Positions 30,058 to 41,900 of a stretch of 64,000 nucleotides of DNA are shown piece by piece. The first letter of the stretch is position 1, and every line of letters starts with the position of its first letter. The translations under genes and the position numbers were made by a program. Source of the DNA: Patescibacteria group bacterium (lineage in GTDB: Bacteria > Patescibacteriota > Patescibacteriia > UBA9570); contig JBAYIY010000003.1 of the NCBI GenBank assembly GCA_041665365.1, positions 68,260 to 132,259 on the forward strand. The letters are read 5' to 3'. The notes under the pieces are model-generated. The model saw only the letters and a program-made list of their open reading frames with translations. It was not told the DNA's origin and did no database searches.

Positions 30058-32475
30058 ATGAAACTTATCCTTTGGTTCAAAGAACTAACTATCCAAGACG
30101 TTCCCGTGGTCGGAGGCAAGAATGCTTCGCTCGGTGAAATGTATCAAAAATTAGCCAGTCAAGGGGTGCGGGTGCCTAATGGGTATGCCATTACGGCCGA
30201 AGCCTACGAGTATTTTGTTGAAAAATCTGGCGTGAAGAAAAAAATTTATGATATTCTACAAACTCTCAATACTCATGATTTAAAAAATCTGCAAGATCAT
30301 GGTCACCGTGTGCGTGAAACAATCATGGCTGCCGAATTACCAGAAGATTTAAAAACTGAGATTGAAACTAGTTACATTGAATTGTGCCGCTTAGAAAATA
30401 ACGGTGCTGAGATGGATGTAGCGGTGCGCAGTTCAGCCACAGCGGAAGATCTGCCGGATGCCTCGTTTGCCGGACAGCAAGAAACTTTTTTGAATATTCG
30501 TGGCGCGCATGATGTCATCGATGCCACCAAACGGTGTATGGCCTCATTGTTTACCAATCGGGCTATTTCTTATCGGGCGGATAAAGGCTATGATCATTTT
30601 AATGTCTCGTTGTCAGTGGGTGTGCAAAAAATGGTGCGCTCGGATGAAGCTGGTTCTGGTGTGATGTTCTCGATCGATACTGAATCTGGTTTTAAAAATG
30701 CCGTTTTGATCAACGCCGCTTATGGTTTAGGTGAAATGGTCGTGCAAGGTAAAGTTGAACCGGATGAGTACTATGTGTTTAAACCCACCTTACTCGATGG
30801 TGTTAAAGTCTCCGGTGAACAAATCACTTTCAAATATCGTCCGATTGTTGGTAAATCACGTGGGCACAAGGAAGATAAGATGATTTATAGTGTGGAAGGC
30901 AATTCACCGGTGCGTGAAGTGCCAGTATCTGAAGAAGATCGCAAAAAGTTCGTGTTAACCGATGATGAAGTTTTACAGTTGGCTTATTGGGCATGTTTGA
31001 TTGAGCAACATTACCAAAAACCGATGGACATGGAATGGGCTAAAGACGGTATCAACGGCAAGTTGTATATCGTGCAAGCTCGCCCTGAAACTGTACACTC
31101 GCAAGGTGATGTAAAAATTCTCGAAGAATATTTGATGAAAGGTAAGGGTAAGACTTTAGTGGAAGGGGTGTCAGTCGGTTCCAAAATTGGTCAAGGGAGC
31201 GTACGGGTTTTGAAGGATACCAGTCACATTCACGATTTCAAAGCCGGCGAAGTATTAGTGACAGAAATCACCGATCCAGATTGGGAGCCGATTATGAAGA
31301 TTGCCTCGGCTATTGTGACCAACTCCGGTGGTCGCACGTCACATGCGGCGATTGTATCACGTGAATTAGGTATTCCTTGCGTCGTTGGTACCAAAAAAGC
31401 TACTACTACATTAACTACTGGGCAAGCCGTGACCGTGTCTTGTGCGGAAGGCGAACGTGGTTATGTCTATGAGGGCTTAGTACCATTTGAGGTTAAGCGC
31501 ACTGATCTTGGTGTGATTACTCCACCCAAAACTGACATTATGCAAATTGTGGGCGATCCATCACGCGCCTTTGATTTTTGTATGATCCCAAATCGAGGGG
31601 TTGGCTTAGCCCGGTTAGAAATGATTATTTTAAATGCCATTAAAGTTCATCCTTTAGCTTTATTACATTTTGATGAACTAAAAGATGAAACCGTTAAAAC
31701 TGAAATTGCCGAATTAACACGGTTATACAAAGTGAAATCAGATTTCTTTGTGGATCTTTTAGCTACCGGGGTTGGTCGCATTGCTGCAGCTTACTATCCA
31801 AATCAAGTGATTGTTCGTTTATCTGATTTTAAGTCGAACGAGTATGCCAACTTAGTAGGTGGTAAACAATTCGAACCGCACGAAGAAAATCCCATGATCG
31901 GTTGGCGCGGCGCATCACGTTATTACTCGGCTGAGTATAAAGATGCTTTTGCCTTAGAATGTCAAGCTATGAAACGCGTGCGCAATGAGATGGGTTTAAC
32001 CAATATGAAGTTAATGATCCCATTCTGCCGTACACCAGAAGAAGGTCGTAAAGTAATTAAAGTAATGGAAGAGAATGGACTAAAACAAGGGGAGAATGGT
32101 TTAGAAGTTTATATGATGTGTGAGATTCCATCTAATGTGATTTTAGCTGATGAATTCATTAAAATTTTTGATGGCTTCTCCATTGGCTCAAATGATCTTA
32201 CTCAACTCACATTAGGATTAGATCGAGATTCTGGCTATGTGTCTCATATTTATGATGAGCGTAATCCAGCTGTGAAAATACTGTTGGGTCAGGCGATTAA
32301 ATCTGTTCATGCCGCTGGTAAAAAAATTGGTATCTGTGGTCAAGCCCCATCAGATTTTCCTGAGATTGCAGAATTTTTAGTCGAACAAGGTATTGATACC
32401 ATTTCGGTTACACCGGATACTGGTCTAAAAACCTGGACAAACATTTCCGCCTTCGAAAAGAAAATTGGGAGATAG
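30058..32475 (+). CDS. ppsA: Phosphoenolpyruvate synthase
   Basis: VGGKNASLGEM, AVRSSATAEDLPDASFAGQQET, phospho-His GGRTSHAAI, FSIGSNDLTQ, GICGQAPSD. Start at 30058, after TTGCCC-17-TACAAT. Confidence 0.98.
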   Translation: MKLILWFKELTIQDVPVVGGKNASLGEMYQKLASQGVRVPNGYAITAEAYEYFVEKSGVKKKIYDILQTLNTHDLKNLQDHGHRVRETIMAAELPEDLKTEIETSYIELCRLENNGAEMDVAVRSSATAEDLPDASFAGQQETFLNIRGAHDVIDATKRCMASLFTNRAISYRADKGYDHFNVSLSVGVQKMVRSDEAGSGVMFSIDTESGFKNAVLINAAYGLGEMVVQGKVEPDEYYVFKPTLLDGVKVSGEQITFKYRPIVGKSRGHKEDKMIYSVEGNSPVREVPVSEEDRKKFVLTDDEVLQLAYWACLIEQHYQKPMDMEWAKDGINGKLYIVQARPETVHSQGDVKILEEYLMKGKGKTLVEGVSVGSKIGQGSVRVLKDTSHIHDFKAGEVLVTEITDPDWEPIMKIASAIVTNSGGRTSHAAIVSRELGIPCVVGTKKATTTLTTGQAVTVSCAEGERGYVYEGLVPFEVKRTDLGVITPPKTDIMQIVGDPSRAFDFCMIPNRGVGLARLEMIILNAIKVHPLALLHFDELKDETVKTEIAELTRLYKVKSDFFVDLLATGVGRIAAAYYPNQVIVRLSDFKSNEYANLVGGKQFEPHEENPMIGWRGASRYYSAEYKDAFALECQAMKRVRNEMGLTNMKLMIPFCRTPEEGRKVIKVMEENGLKQGENGLEVYMMCEIPSNVILADEFIKIFDGFSIGSNDLTQLTLGLDRDSGYVSHIYDERNPAVKILLGQAIKSVHAAGKKIGICGQAPSDFPEIAEFLVEQGIDTISVTPDTGLKTWTNISAFEKKIGR

Positions 32476-32535
32476 ATTCTCTGATATATTTTCATAATGA
32501 AGTTATGAGCATGATTATATGCTATACTGCTCATT

Positions 32536-33342
32536 ATGCAACAACGCAAAACAATTGGATTAGCCTTAGGCGGTGGCGGAGTTCGTGGTATGGCACACGT
32601 TGGAGTATTACAAGTTTTGTTAGAAAACAATATTCCCATAGATTATATTGCCGGTACCAGCGTTGGTTCATTTATGGCCTCTCATTTTGCTATCCATCAA
32701 GATGTGGCGGCACTGGAGAAATTATCTTTGGGTTATAGAAGAGATAAATTCTTTTCGCTGCTTGAACCAACCTGGCGAGGAGGTTTTGTGAAAGGGGTAA
32801 AAGTGGAACGATTTCTAAAAAAATGGTTGGGAGTAGAGGAGTTTGCTGATGCCAGTATACCATTAGCGGTGGTGGCCACAGATTTGTTAACGGGTGATCC
32901 GGTGATATTTAAGTCCGGGCTGTTAATTCCAGCCGTGCGCGCTAGTATTTCTATTCCATTATTTTTACAACCCTTTCACTTCGATGGCCGTTGGCTAGTC
33001 GATGGTTGGTTAAGTTATCCGATACCCGATCGGGTGGTCAGAGAGATGGGGGCTGATATTGTGATCAGTGTTGATCTAGAAGATTATAAAATGTCACCAC
33101 AGGTGGAACACTATAAGCCAACTTGGCGCGATACCGCTTGGCGCAGTATGATTATAATTAGAAAAAATTTATCTGTTTGTACTACTACTCATACGGATGT
33201 TTTGATCCAACCGCAAATTGCTGAGATTGGCCATGTGGCTTGGAAAAAATATTTCACTAATCATCCTGTGCGCGATATGATTGAGAGTGGTCGAGCCGCG
33301 GCTGAGAAAAAACTACCAGAGATTCGTAAGCTTCTTGCATAG
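32536..33342 (+). CDS. Patatin-like phospholipase (RssA-like)
   Basis: ALGGGGVRG.AH.G, GTSVG nucleophile elbow, LVDG. Confidence 0.93.
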   Translation: MQQRKTIGLALGGGGVRGMAHVGVLQVLLENNIPIDYIAGTSVGSFMASHFAIHQDVAALEKLSLGYRRDKFFSLLEPTWRGGFVKGVKVERFLKKWLGVEEFADASIPLAVVATDLLTGDPVIFKSGLLIPAVRASISIPLFLQPFHFDGRWLVDGWLSYPIPDRVVREMGADIVISVDLEDYKMSPQVEHYKPTWRDTAWRSMIIIRKNLSVCTTTHTDVLIQPQIAEIGHVAWKKYFTNHPVRDMIESGRAAAEKKLPEIRKLLA

Positions 33343-33428
33343 ATACACATCAGCGATCCTCTATTTGACCTTTTCTCCCACTTCTATTACAGTACCACTA
33401 TTCTTAATTCTTAATTCTCGTTATTTTT

Positions 33429-33818
33429 ATGGATCAAACTCCAACCAACTTGCAACCAAACCCAACCACGAACACAGTAGAACAACCCGAGGTAAAACCA
33501 GAAGTTAAAACCGGTGCTGTCATTAATGAAGCGACTGCCACTACCACCGGCGAATTATCCGGCGGGAGTCAAGCGGCGATTGGTGTAGGAATTGGGGTTG
33601 GTAATATTTGTTGCGGGCAAGTTTGTTATGCCTGTCCAACTTTATTATCATCAGCCATTGGTATTATTTTATACGCTGTGTGGCATAAAGAGAAACCAAA
33701 AACTGCCAAGAATATCCTCATAGTGACACTCGTCACCGGTGCCATTGGTTTTGCTATTTTTGCCTTACTTTTGGCTTTTGGTATGATCGGTTCAATGATG
33801 AGCAATTTTAACTATTAG
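33429..33818 (+). CDS. Small membrane protein with a Cys cluster
   Basis: Disordered N-terminus, ICCGQVCYACP, two TM segments. Promoter TTGACC-17-TACAGT at 33365-33393. Confidence 0.7.
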   Translation: MDQTPTNLQPNPTTNTVEQPEVKPEVKTGAVINEATATTTGELSGGSQAAIGVGIGVGNICCGQVCYACPTLLSSAIGIILYAVWHKEKPKTAKNILIVTLVTGAIGFAIFALLLAFGMIGSMMSNFNY

Positions 33819-33825
33819 TTTTGGA

Positions 33826-34170
33826 GTGTTACAGTATTTTTGGCATTGTCATCGGTTACAGAACAGATCATTTTTCTATAAAGGTAAACAATTTCCGGTC
33901 TGTGCGCGCTGCACCGGTGTCTGGCTTGGGTACCTATTTGGTCTTCTGGTAATTATTATTTTTACTTTACCGTGGTGGGTTGGGTTGATTTTATTAATCC
34001 CAGCACTGCTGGATGGTGGTACGCAATTACTTAATCTTAGAACCAGTACTAACGATTTACGGTTCACCACTGGTTTGATACTGGGTGTAGGAGAGATGAT
34101 TCTATTCGGTGTAGCGGCGCGTTGGACGATAACATTAGGCTACTGGCTCGGCCAAAATTTCTTTCAATAA
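33826..34170 (+). CDS. DUF2085-like membrane protein
   Basis: CHR...RSF....QFPVCARCTG...G, DG.TQ, STN.LRF.TG. Confidence 0.85.
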   Translation: MLQYFWHCHRLQNRSFFYKGKQFPVCARCTGVWLGYLFGLLVIIIFTLPWWVGLILLIPALLDGGTQLLNLRTSTNDLRFTTGLILGVGEMILFGVAARWTITLGYWLGQNFFQ

Positions 34171-34716
34171 ATCATTCACTCCAGTTTTAGTTTTTGATGA
34201 GTAAGGAATAATTAAATGACCCGGTAACTGTGCGCGCAGGTTGGCCATTTGTTGGGCAAAATCAGGTTGTCTAATTTTATCAATTTTGTTCGCGATCACA
34301 ACCACATCTTTATCATGTTCGTCTAAGCGGGCCAGCATTTCCAAATCTAAATCAGTCGGCCCAAGGTAGGCGTCAATAATTAAGACCACTTTTTTTTGAA
34401 TGTATGGGCCTTTGAACAAATGCCAGTTAATTAATTTCTGTAACCAGACCTGATCTTTTTTTGACACTTTGGCATAGCCATAACCAGGTAAATCTAAAAA
34501 GTAAATCTTTTTATTGATCAAAAATAAATTAATTTCTTGAGTTCTGCCCGGTGTTCGGCTAACACGCGCTAATTTTTTATTATGGGTTAAAGAGTTAATA
34601 ATAGTAGATTTACCAGCATTAGATCGGCCAATGAAAGCCACTTGCGGCACAGCATCATCCAATATTTCAGTAGTGCCGACAATTCCTTGAATGAATTTAG
34701 CAGAGGTAATAGGCAT
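34135..34716 (-). CDS. engB: Ribosome biogenesis GTPase YsxC/EngB
   Basis: GRSNAGKST.IN, SRTPGRTQ, DLPGYGYA, NKIDK. The ATG at 34716 is favoured by a TATACT 8 nt upstream. Confidence 0.96.
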   Translation of the reverse strand: MPITSAKFIQGIVGTTEILDDAVPQVAFIGRSNAGKSTIINSLTHNKKLARVSRTPGRTQEINLFLINKKIYFLDLPGYGYAKVSKKDQVWLQKLINWHLFKGPYIQKKVVLIIDAYLGPTDLDLEMLARLDEHDKDVVVIANKIDKIRQPDFAQQMANLRAQLPGHLIIPYSSKTKTGVNDLLKEILAEPVA

Positions 34717-34762
34717 AGGCATTGAGTATACACTTTAACGGTGAACGAGTATACTGGTCTGC

Positions 34763-35257
34763 ATGTATTTATTATTACTCATAATTGGTGAGGGCGTAGT
34801 CTACCTGGGGTTGGTTTATGGTTTTTCTATTTTTTTCGAAAAAGCCAAACGGCATAATATTAAAACCAAGCTGTCTTCTATACTGATAATAATGGCCAGC
34901 AGTAGTACTGCAATTATCATCAGCAATTTAATTCCAAATGAAGCACTGGGTAATCGTTTTCAACATTCCATTGGGGGTGGGTTTATCGGTCTGTTGATTT
35001 GTTTTTTGGCCGCGAAAGATTCCGCGGTGAAAATTAACCGTTTACAGTTTGCCGTGTTTAGTTTTTTAATCACCATCACATTAGGAACATTTAACGAAAA
35101 CGCTGAGTTTTATTTGCAAAATTATTGGTACGAAACTTTATATCTAGTTTTTTCCAGAACGGTGAATGATACGTGGTTAGATCTGGTTAGTAACGCCGTT
35201 GGTGCAATATTAGGAGTGATTTGTTTTGTACCATTTTTTCCTGAACGGAAAAAGTAA
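34763..35257 (+). CDS. Integral membrane protein (DUF2238/VanZ-like)
   Basis: H..GG, NENAEF and DT..DL..N.VG pattern, with 5 TM segments. Confidence 0.6.
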   Translation: MYLLLLIIGEGVVYLGLVYGFSIFFEKAKRHNIKTKLSSILIIMASSSTAIIISNLIPNEALGNRFQHSIGGGFIGLLICFLAAKDSAVKINRLQFAVFSFLITITLGTFNENAEFYLQNYWYETLYLVFSRTVNDTWLDLVSNAVGAILGVICFVPFFPERKK

Positions 35258-35305
35258 TAGGTTTTACTCACATGCTTTACCATGTTATAATAATATTATA
35301 TTTAT

Positions 35306-35875
35306 ATGGTAAAGAAAAAAATAATAAAACAAGTTTTATTCACAAGTATTTTGTTGTTGACCATTGTACCGACAATTACACAAGCAAAGAATTTATTGCA
35401 TAATGGTAACTTTAAATCAATGAGATATTGGGTGATTTCTGGAAAATGTCAAAGAAATCCTGATACTTGTATTCGCGAAAGAATTCCGACAGACTTAAAT
35501 AAGTACAGAGCAGTTTCGCATTATTTCCGCTTTGGTCATGTTAATACAACCGATTCAATTTCTCAAATTGTTAAACTTAGTAAACACAAACTGAAATTAA
35601 AATTTAAATTAAAATTCTTCAATACGTCTGGGAAACACTATAAAAGTGATTTATTTAGCATTATTGTAACCGGTAAAGGGATTGATCGTAGTTGGCGGAA
35701 AGATATTGCATACAATCCCAAAAAACATGGTTGGCAGCAACTAGATTACAATTTGCATAAAATTGCTAAAATAAATCAAGGTGAAGATATTGTTGTTAGT
35801 TTTTTTGTGAAAAATAATAATAGGGGCTTAAGTAAAGCACAAATTACAAATGTTAGATTAATACAGAGTAATTAA
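35306..35875 (+). CDS. Secreted Lys-rich beta-sandwich (CBM-like) protein
   Basis: Signal peptide ending TQA, then NLLHNGNF...W, ISQ.V.L and a final ITNVRL strand. Confidence 0.55.
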   Translation: MVKKKIIKQVLFTSILLLTIVPTITQAKNLLHNGNFKSMRYWVISGKCQRNPDTCIRERIPTDLNKYRAVSHYFRFGHVNTTDSISQIVKLSKHKLKLKFKLKFFNTSGKHYKSDLFSIIVTGKGIDRSWRKDIAYNPKKHGWQQLDYNLHKIAKINQGEDIVVSFFVKNNNRGLSKAQITNVRLIQSN

Positions 35876-35901
35876 TTGATGCAAAGCTTGTTAGAGGCCA
35901 T

Positions 35902-38900
35902 TTAGAAAGTACCAGTCATAATGTAGGTAATATCAGTGGTGTAGGTGCCGGGTTCGGTGGTGGAAGCAATGTTGGCTAGATAGTAAGCGCTGATGGTTTC
36001 TGTTGTGGTAGTACCAAGCTCACTAAAGAACGGAGTAGTTGCTCCAGCGACGAATTTATATTCAGGTGCACCACCCGTAGCATTATAATCGGCAACGATA
36101 GAACCATCACCATTCGTAGTGATACCAAAGGCAAACTGTTCACTGTTCGGTGAACCATCCGTATCATTTGTAACCGTGGCAGCACTAATGGTGTCTAAAT
36201 CGGTATTGGTGAGTGTAGTGCCAAGATATGTTATAACATACCCACTGGCGGCACTACTAAAGATGGTGAAAGTATGAGCAACGGTTGGGGTAGTGTCAAA
36301 ACCGACTAAATCTCCAGTGGCAAACCGGGCGTTGGACGTGGTCAGATCGCCAAAACCAACCGTAGTGTCGCTGATGGCGAATGTAAGAGATTCAAAATTC
36401 CAACAGGTGTTTCCTGTAGAATTAAGATTAGAAACAGCCGTACCATCTATGTTGGGTGCTTGTCCACAAGCATCAGAATCTTTGACATCAGTATTATATA
36501 TTGAACGAGTACCAACAACGTTTAGGTTCCAATCTGTCGCGGCGATAGAGCTACGTAAGGCTACGCGGGTAGTAATGGTCTGTCCGTTGAAAGAGACGTT
36601 TTGGAATGTGTATGTTCCCCCAGCTAGAAAACGAAGTTTAGTACTGGCCGTCGTTGCCGTGAAGTTACCGGCTGTAGTGGCCGAGGCAGAAAAAATGACA
36701 GATGGTGATACGTCTGGATCAGTGCCTGATGTATTGGTGATGGTTAGATTATTAAAATCAGAGCTACCAGTCATTGTACCATCGAGAGTTTGTTGTGAAC
36801 CTCCAGCTAGGGTGACTGTACTAGAGTTATCGGTGAAGGTTCCAGAATTTGTGTAATTTCCATTGATATTCAACTGGTTTGTACTGTTCGCGGATAGGGT
36901 GGTGCCAGCTCCTATGGTGAGCGCACCGGCAATGGTGGTAGTAGGATCACTAACGTTAAGTTCTAAAGTTTCCGTACCAGCTCCGGAGCGAGAGAGATCA
37001 AGGGTAGATGAAAAGTTCAGTGTCCCTGCAGCCGCGGTTACCGCCCGAGCGACTCCGCTACTGTTATAAATTTCTACTGCACCACCGTATGTTCGAGCAC
37101 CCATAGCTTGGCTATTATTGACTGAATCAAAACGTAACACAGCGGAGATGGTGCCAGTGGTAGGGAAGTTGGTTGGGCTTTGATACGTCAGTTTCCCAGC
37201 CCCAGAAATGGTACCATTCAAGATTAATGTTGCACCACTGTGCGTAAGTACAACACCTGAACTTAAGGCCAACGAATCACCTGTATCGACGTTCAGCGTG
37301 TTTGTCACAGAAGTACTATTTGATAGAGTTGTGGCAGCAGAACTAGCAGTACCAATGATTAAGTTATAAAAATTCAGAGTTGGTGTAGTCCCGCCGCCAA
37401 TCGAACCTGTTCCGGTCATGGTCACAGTAGGTGTACCGGCAGATTTTGTGACGATAGCCGACGTTCCAGCTGTTGTAATATCTCCACCGGTTACAGCAGT
37501 GTCTGCATCAATGTTAAGCGTGGCACCGCCATCCACCAAAAGATCTCCGGCAATGGTATTTGTTGCGGTATCTAGATAAGCCGTAGCATTATCATCCACA
37601 TGCATATTTGCACTAGTAGTAGTAACCGTGCCACCCGGATCATATGATTTACTATCTTTAATATGTAATTCCATGCCGGAATCAACAGCTATATTGCTTC
37701 CAGTCATCCCATAAAGAATACCAGCGTCACCATTATCGGCGGTGATTAAGTTCGCATTAGTGATGGGTCCAGCGCTTTCGTGTGTCAGCACAACTCGGTC
37801 GCGGTAAATATCCAAATTACTAATAGCAGATCCATCAGCTGCCAGTGTAATGGTTGTGCCATCGGGCGTTTCTCCGCTATCAATAAATACGACAACTGGT
37901 TGCCCGGCTGCTGGTGTAGTAGCTGTTACCGTATATGCACCAGTATCTGCAGAACAGCTGCCATCTGCATTAGCTCCGCCGTTTACTGATACATGAATAG
38001 TTAATGGATCGGCGTTACAATCGTAGACTGTGGATTCGTTTGTGCCGCGGATAAATCCTGTAATGGCAACTCCCGCGGTACAGGTCCAATTCGTGTTACC
38101 AGAATCGCAATAGTTTGTCCCATTAGTCGCGTCAATCACTGCTCCGGAAAGGGTTGCGTTAGAATCCTTGACATTGGTATTGGAAACAGACCGTGTGCCA
38201 GTGGCCGCAAGCAGCCAAGCTGATCCGGTGGAAGAAGAGCGTAGAAATACTCTGGATGAGATGTCCAACCCATCAAACATAATATTGGTCAGTGTATAGG
38301 TGGAGGTAGCATTGAAACGAATTTTTACATTCGCTTCGGTTGCGGTAAAGGTACCGGCCGTGGTGGCCGCAGTAGAAAAAATAACAGAAGGAGAAGCATC
38401 AGGGTCAATACCAGAATTATTCGTAATAGTCAAAGCATTAAAATCAGAGGTGCCAGTCATAGTCCCGGCCATAGTTTGTTGGCTACCACCAACCAGAGAT
38501 ACAGTTCCAGAATTGTCCGTGAAAGTTCCATTATTGGTGTAATTCCCGCTAAGATTCAATGTGGCCGGAGCGCTAAACACAGTTGTTGCACCTATCGTCA
38601 GGTCGCTAGCAACTGCCGTAGTTCCGGTCGCTGCACTTAAATCAGTCGTTACCTCTCCGGCTCCACCGGCGGCAGTTGTAAGCGTTGAGGAAAAGATATA
38701 ATTCCCAGCCGCGGCTGTGATGGATTTGGCTGCTCCATTATTAGCGTAGAGTTCAACTGCCCCGCCGTATGTTCGTGCATCAAAGGTAGTATTAGCTATG
38801 CTGGCGGTACTAGCATCGTATCTCACCACAGATGACAAGGTACCAACCGCTCCAGGACCACTTGAGGTATTAAGGATGCGCAATGTGCCGGTACCAGAAA

Positions 38901-41900
38901 TTGTCCCATTCAAAGTCAGTGTAACTCCGCTGTGTGTCAGCATGACCGTGGTGATGGTAAGAATGTCGCTGGTATCAACATTAATAGTACCGGCAGCTGT
39001 ACAATTATCTGTTTGCATAGTCCAGGTGCCACTACCATCGCTGCCAATAAAGGTCACACTACTAAATGAAGAGGTTCCGCACTCTATCGTGTTATCAGTA
39101 TCGGCCGCATCAAAAATGACAGTTCCACTGGAATGCGTAAACGTCGCATTGTTATCCCAGTTACCACCTACATTAAATGTTCCAGTACCAGATGCAATCA
39201 GAGTGGCAGCGGCTGAAATAGTGATATTACCATTCACATCAAAGGTTGGATCATTTGTGTCTAAATTAAAAATACCGGCCGTGGCACTATCACCGACCAC
39301 CAAATTACCCAATACTGAAAACGTTCCACCACCGTTGGCATGAAAAGTGACCGCGCCGCTCGGCCGTACGCTCAAATTCCAATAGGATTCAAGTTGAATA
39401 TCCGTGGCTGCGTTACCAATGAAATCCACAGTTGAGTTTGTTCCCTCGTTTAAGGTGCCGGAGACAATAAATGGACGAGAAGCACCTTGCCCAGAACCAG
39501 TCAGGGTAAGGGTATAGCCAGATGATCCTAGTGCTAATGTGTCACCCGTTGTGACATCAACCTTCGTTGCTCGAGCATTCCCTGTTAATGTCACTGTTGA
39601 TGGTGCACCATTGATGGAAACTAAGCCAATATCTTGCCCAGATGAAGCATCAGACCAATTAGCTGCTCCGCCGTCAAATGTCCAGGTAGCGGTTCCGTTA
39701 TCGGCTTTAGTGACCAAGCCACTGGCGCCGATAGTTACGTTACCGGTCGTAGTTACATTCGGGTCGAGCACGGCCAAATCCAAGTCACCGTCCGTGATGG
39801 TAAAAGTACCGTTCACATCCAGATTGCCATCAACGTTCAGATCATCTGTTGCACCAGCACTGCCGGTGTTATTAAGTGTAATATCTTGGTAGGTCTCAGC
39901 GCCCGTCGTAAATGTTTGAGCGGCCGACGTGCTGTTGAATGTAATAATACCGCCGGTGGTAGCAGTGTATGCCGCGGAACCCGCCACAATAAAATCTCCG
40001 GACACGGTGATGCTGTTGTTATTTGCAGTCCAATTGCCAACGCCAGTCGTCGCAGTATCGCCGATTTCGATGTGAGTGGAAGTCACATCACCGCCGCCAG
40101 CAGAAGCCGGTTGGAAGGTATCGCCATCATCAATGTATAATTCTTCCTGACTAGATTGTGCTTCCGCATCCACCGTTAGATCGTTATCGACACTGACATC
40201 CCAAAACACATCGTCATCGCCGATAGCAACTGAATTGTCATAGACACCAACATCGCCATTGGTGATAGTTTGACCATCGACACTACCAATAGTGAGGTGT
40301 TCCTTAAACAAAGGGATGTTCGTCATGTCACCACTGCCATCGTATTTCGCCACTGCCCCGGATCGATCGGACATACTAGCAGCCGCATCAACCCATACCG
40401 TTACGATTTGACCGGTGGTAACTGTGACACCAGTGACTTCCCATGTACCAGCAATCACAGTATCTTCTTGCGCTTGCACACTGCCATCCACTGCTACTTT
40501 AATTGTACCGATATCTGTACAGTCAGTAGATTGGTCGAACGCATCACATGTTCCTGAAACGGTGACGGTGGGTGCTACTAATGTAGTAGCTCCTGAAATT
40601 TCTCGATCGTAAGCTGGGCCGATGCCTCCAGTGGATACTGCTACATCCGTTGATGGGGTGGTAATTTCTAATTCAACGGTTTCACCAGCCGAGGCCCCAG
40701 ATGTGATATCTAGCACTACATAGACACACATGGTAGAGGTCGGTGTGATTGCGACAGAACCAGTGAAGGTTGATGTGCCATCAGCACTACTGAACCCATC
40801 GGTATCAGTAGAGCCGTATTGCGTTTCTGTACCGGCAAATGATTCACTCGAACAATTATAAGGAGCGCTGGTGTCCGGCTCGTAATAGAGTTTGATGTTA
40901 TCCAAATCAGCTTGAGCATCCACCGTGCCATACTCAGTAATCATGATACTGGTAATGTTGGCAGTGGCAAGTGACTCGTTGATGGAGAAGGCTCCACCCA
41001 TGGAATTACCCGTTGTGTTAATAGTGACAGAAGAGGTTTGTGTACCTAACACGTTGACATTGGCGGTGTTAGAAGCCCGAAAGGCAAAGTCATATGGCTT
41101 GGTCGGCAATGATGTGGTAAGCGTCGCACCGGTAGACAAATCTGCTTCCCAAGCTCCCATGGTGGCTGTTTGGGTTAACCAAGTGCCGGTGGAAGCACCA
41201 TTCCACAGTTGGGATTCAGGTACTAAATCCAGTGTAAGGTCTTCCGCATTGAGCATGATTTTGTCTGATGATGGATCTGGAGAAAGATCAATACCCGACG
41301 GAACGTCAGCCCAAACCCCCAAACCTGAACACGGCCCATTCGAATCTTCTGCCGCTGATAAGTTGGTGACTTGTTCAGTGGTACCGGCTCCGCCTTCAGT
41401 TAACAAACAGAGTGAAGCATCGTCTATGGTCTGGAATTGCCCGGCCGACACATCAAATACCATCCAACGTAGTGCTGTTTCAGATGTAGTCCCGTCACGC
41501 CAAGCAAACAAGGCTCGATCCCCACCACCTTGCTCCCATTCCACATCTATCCCCTGGGCAAAGCCATTACTGTTAATGTCAACGTCCATGGTGGTAGGCT
41601 GTGTAATGGTTGTCCAATCTGAACCGTTCCACATGTCCACATTCATGTCAGCCGTATTGGTAGAGGCAGTGTCCTGCACAATCACGGCAATATAGTCGTT
41701 ATTTGGGCTGTCCGCGATCCGTAACCACTGCACAGCAGCCCCAGGATCTGTCATGCCAGTAGTGTCCGACCAACCGCTGCCCACGGTGTAGGTTGAAGCG
41801 TCAATAAACGGCGCTGCAGTGACATCGCCATACACAATCATACCCTCACCAGAGGAACCTTCCCAAGCAACGTCAAAATCTTGGCGTGTGGAGAGGCCAT

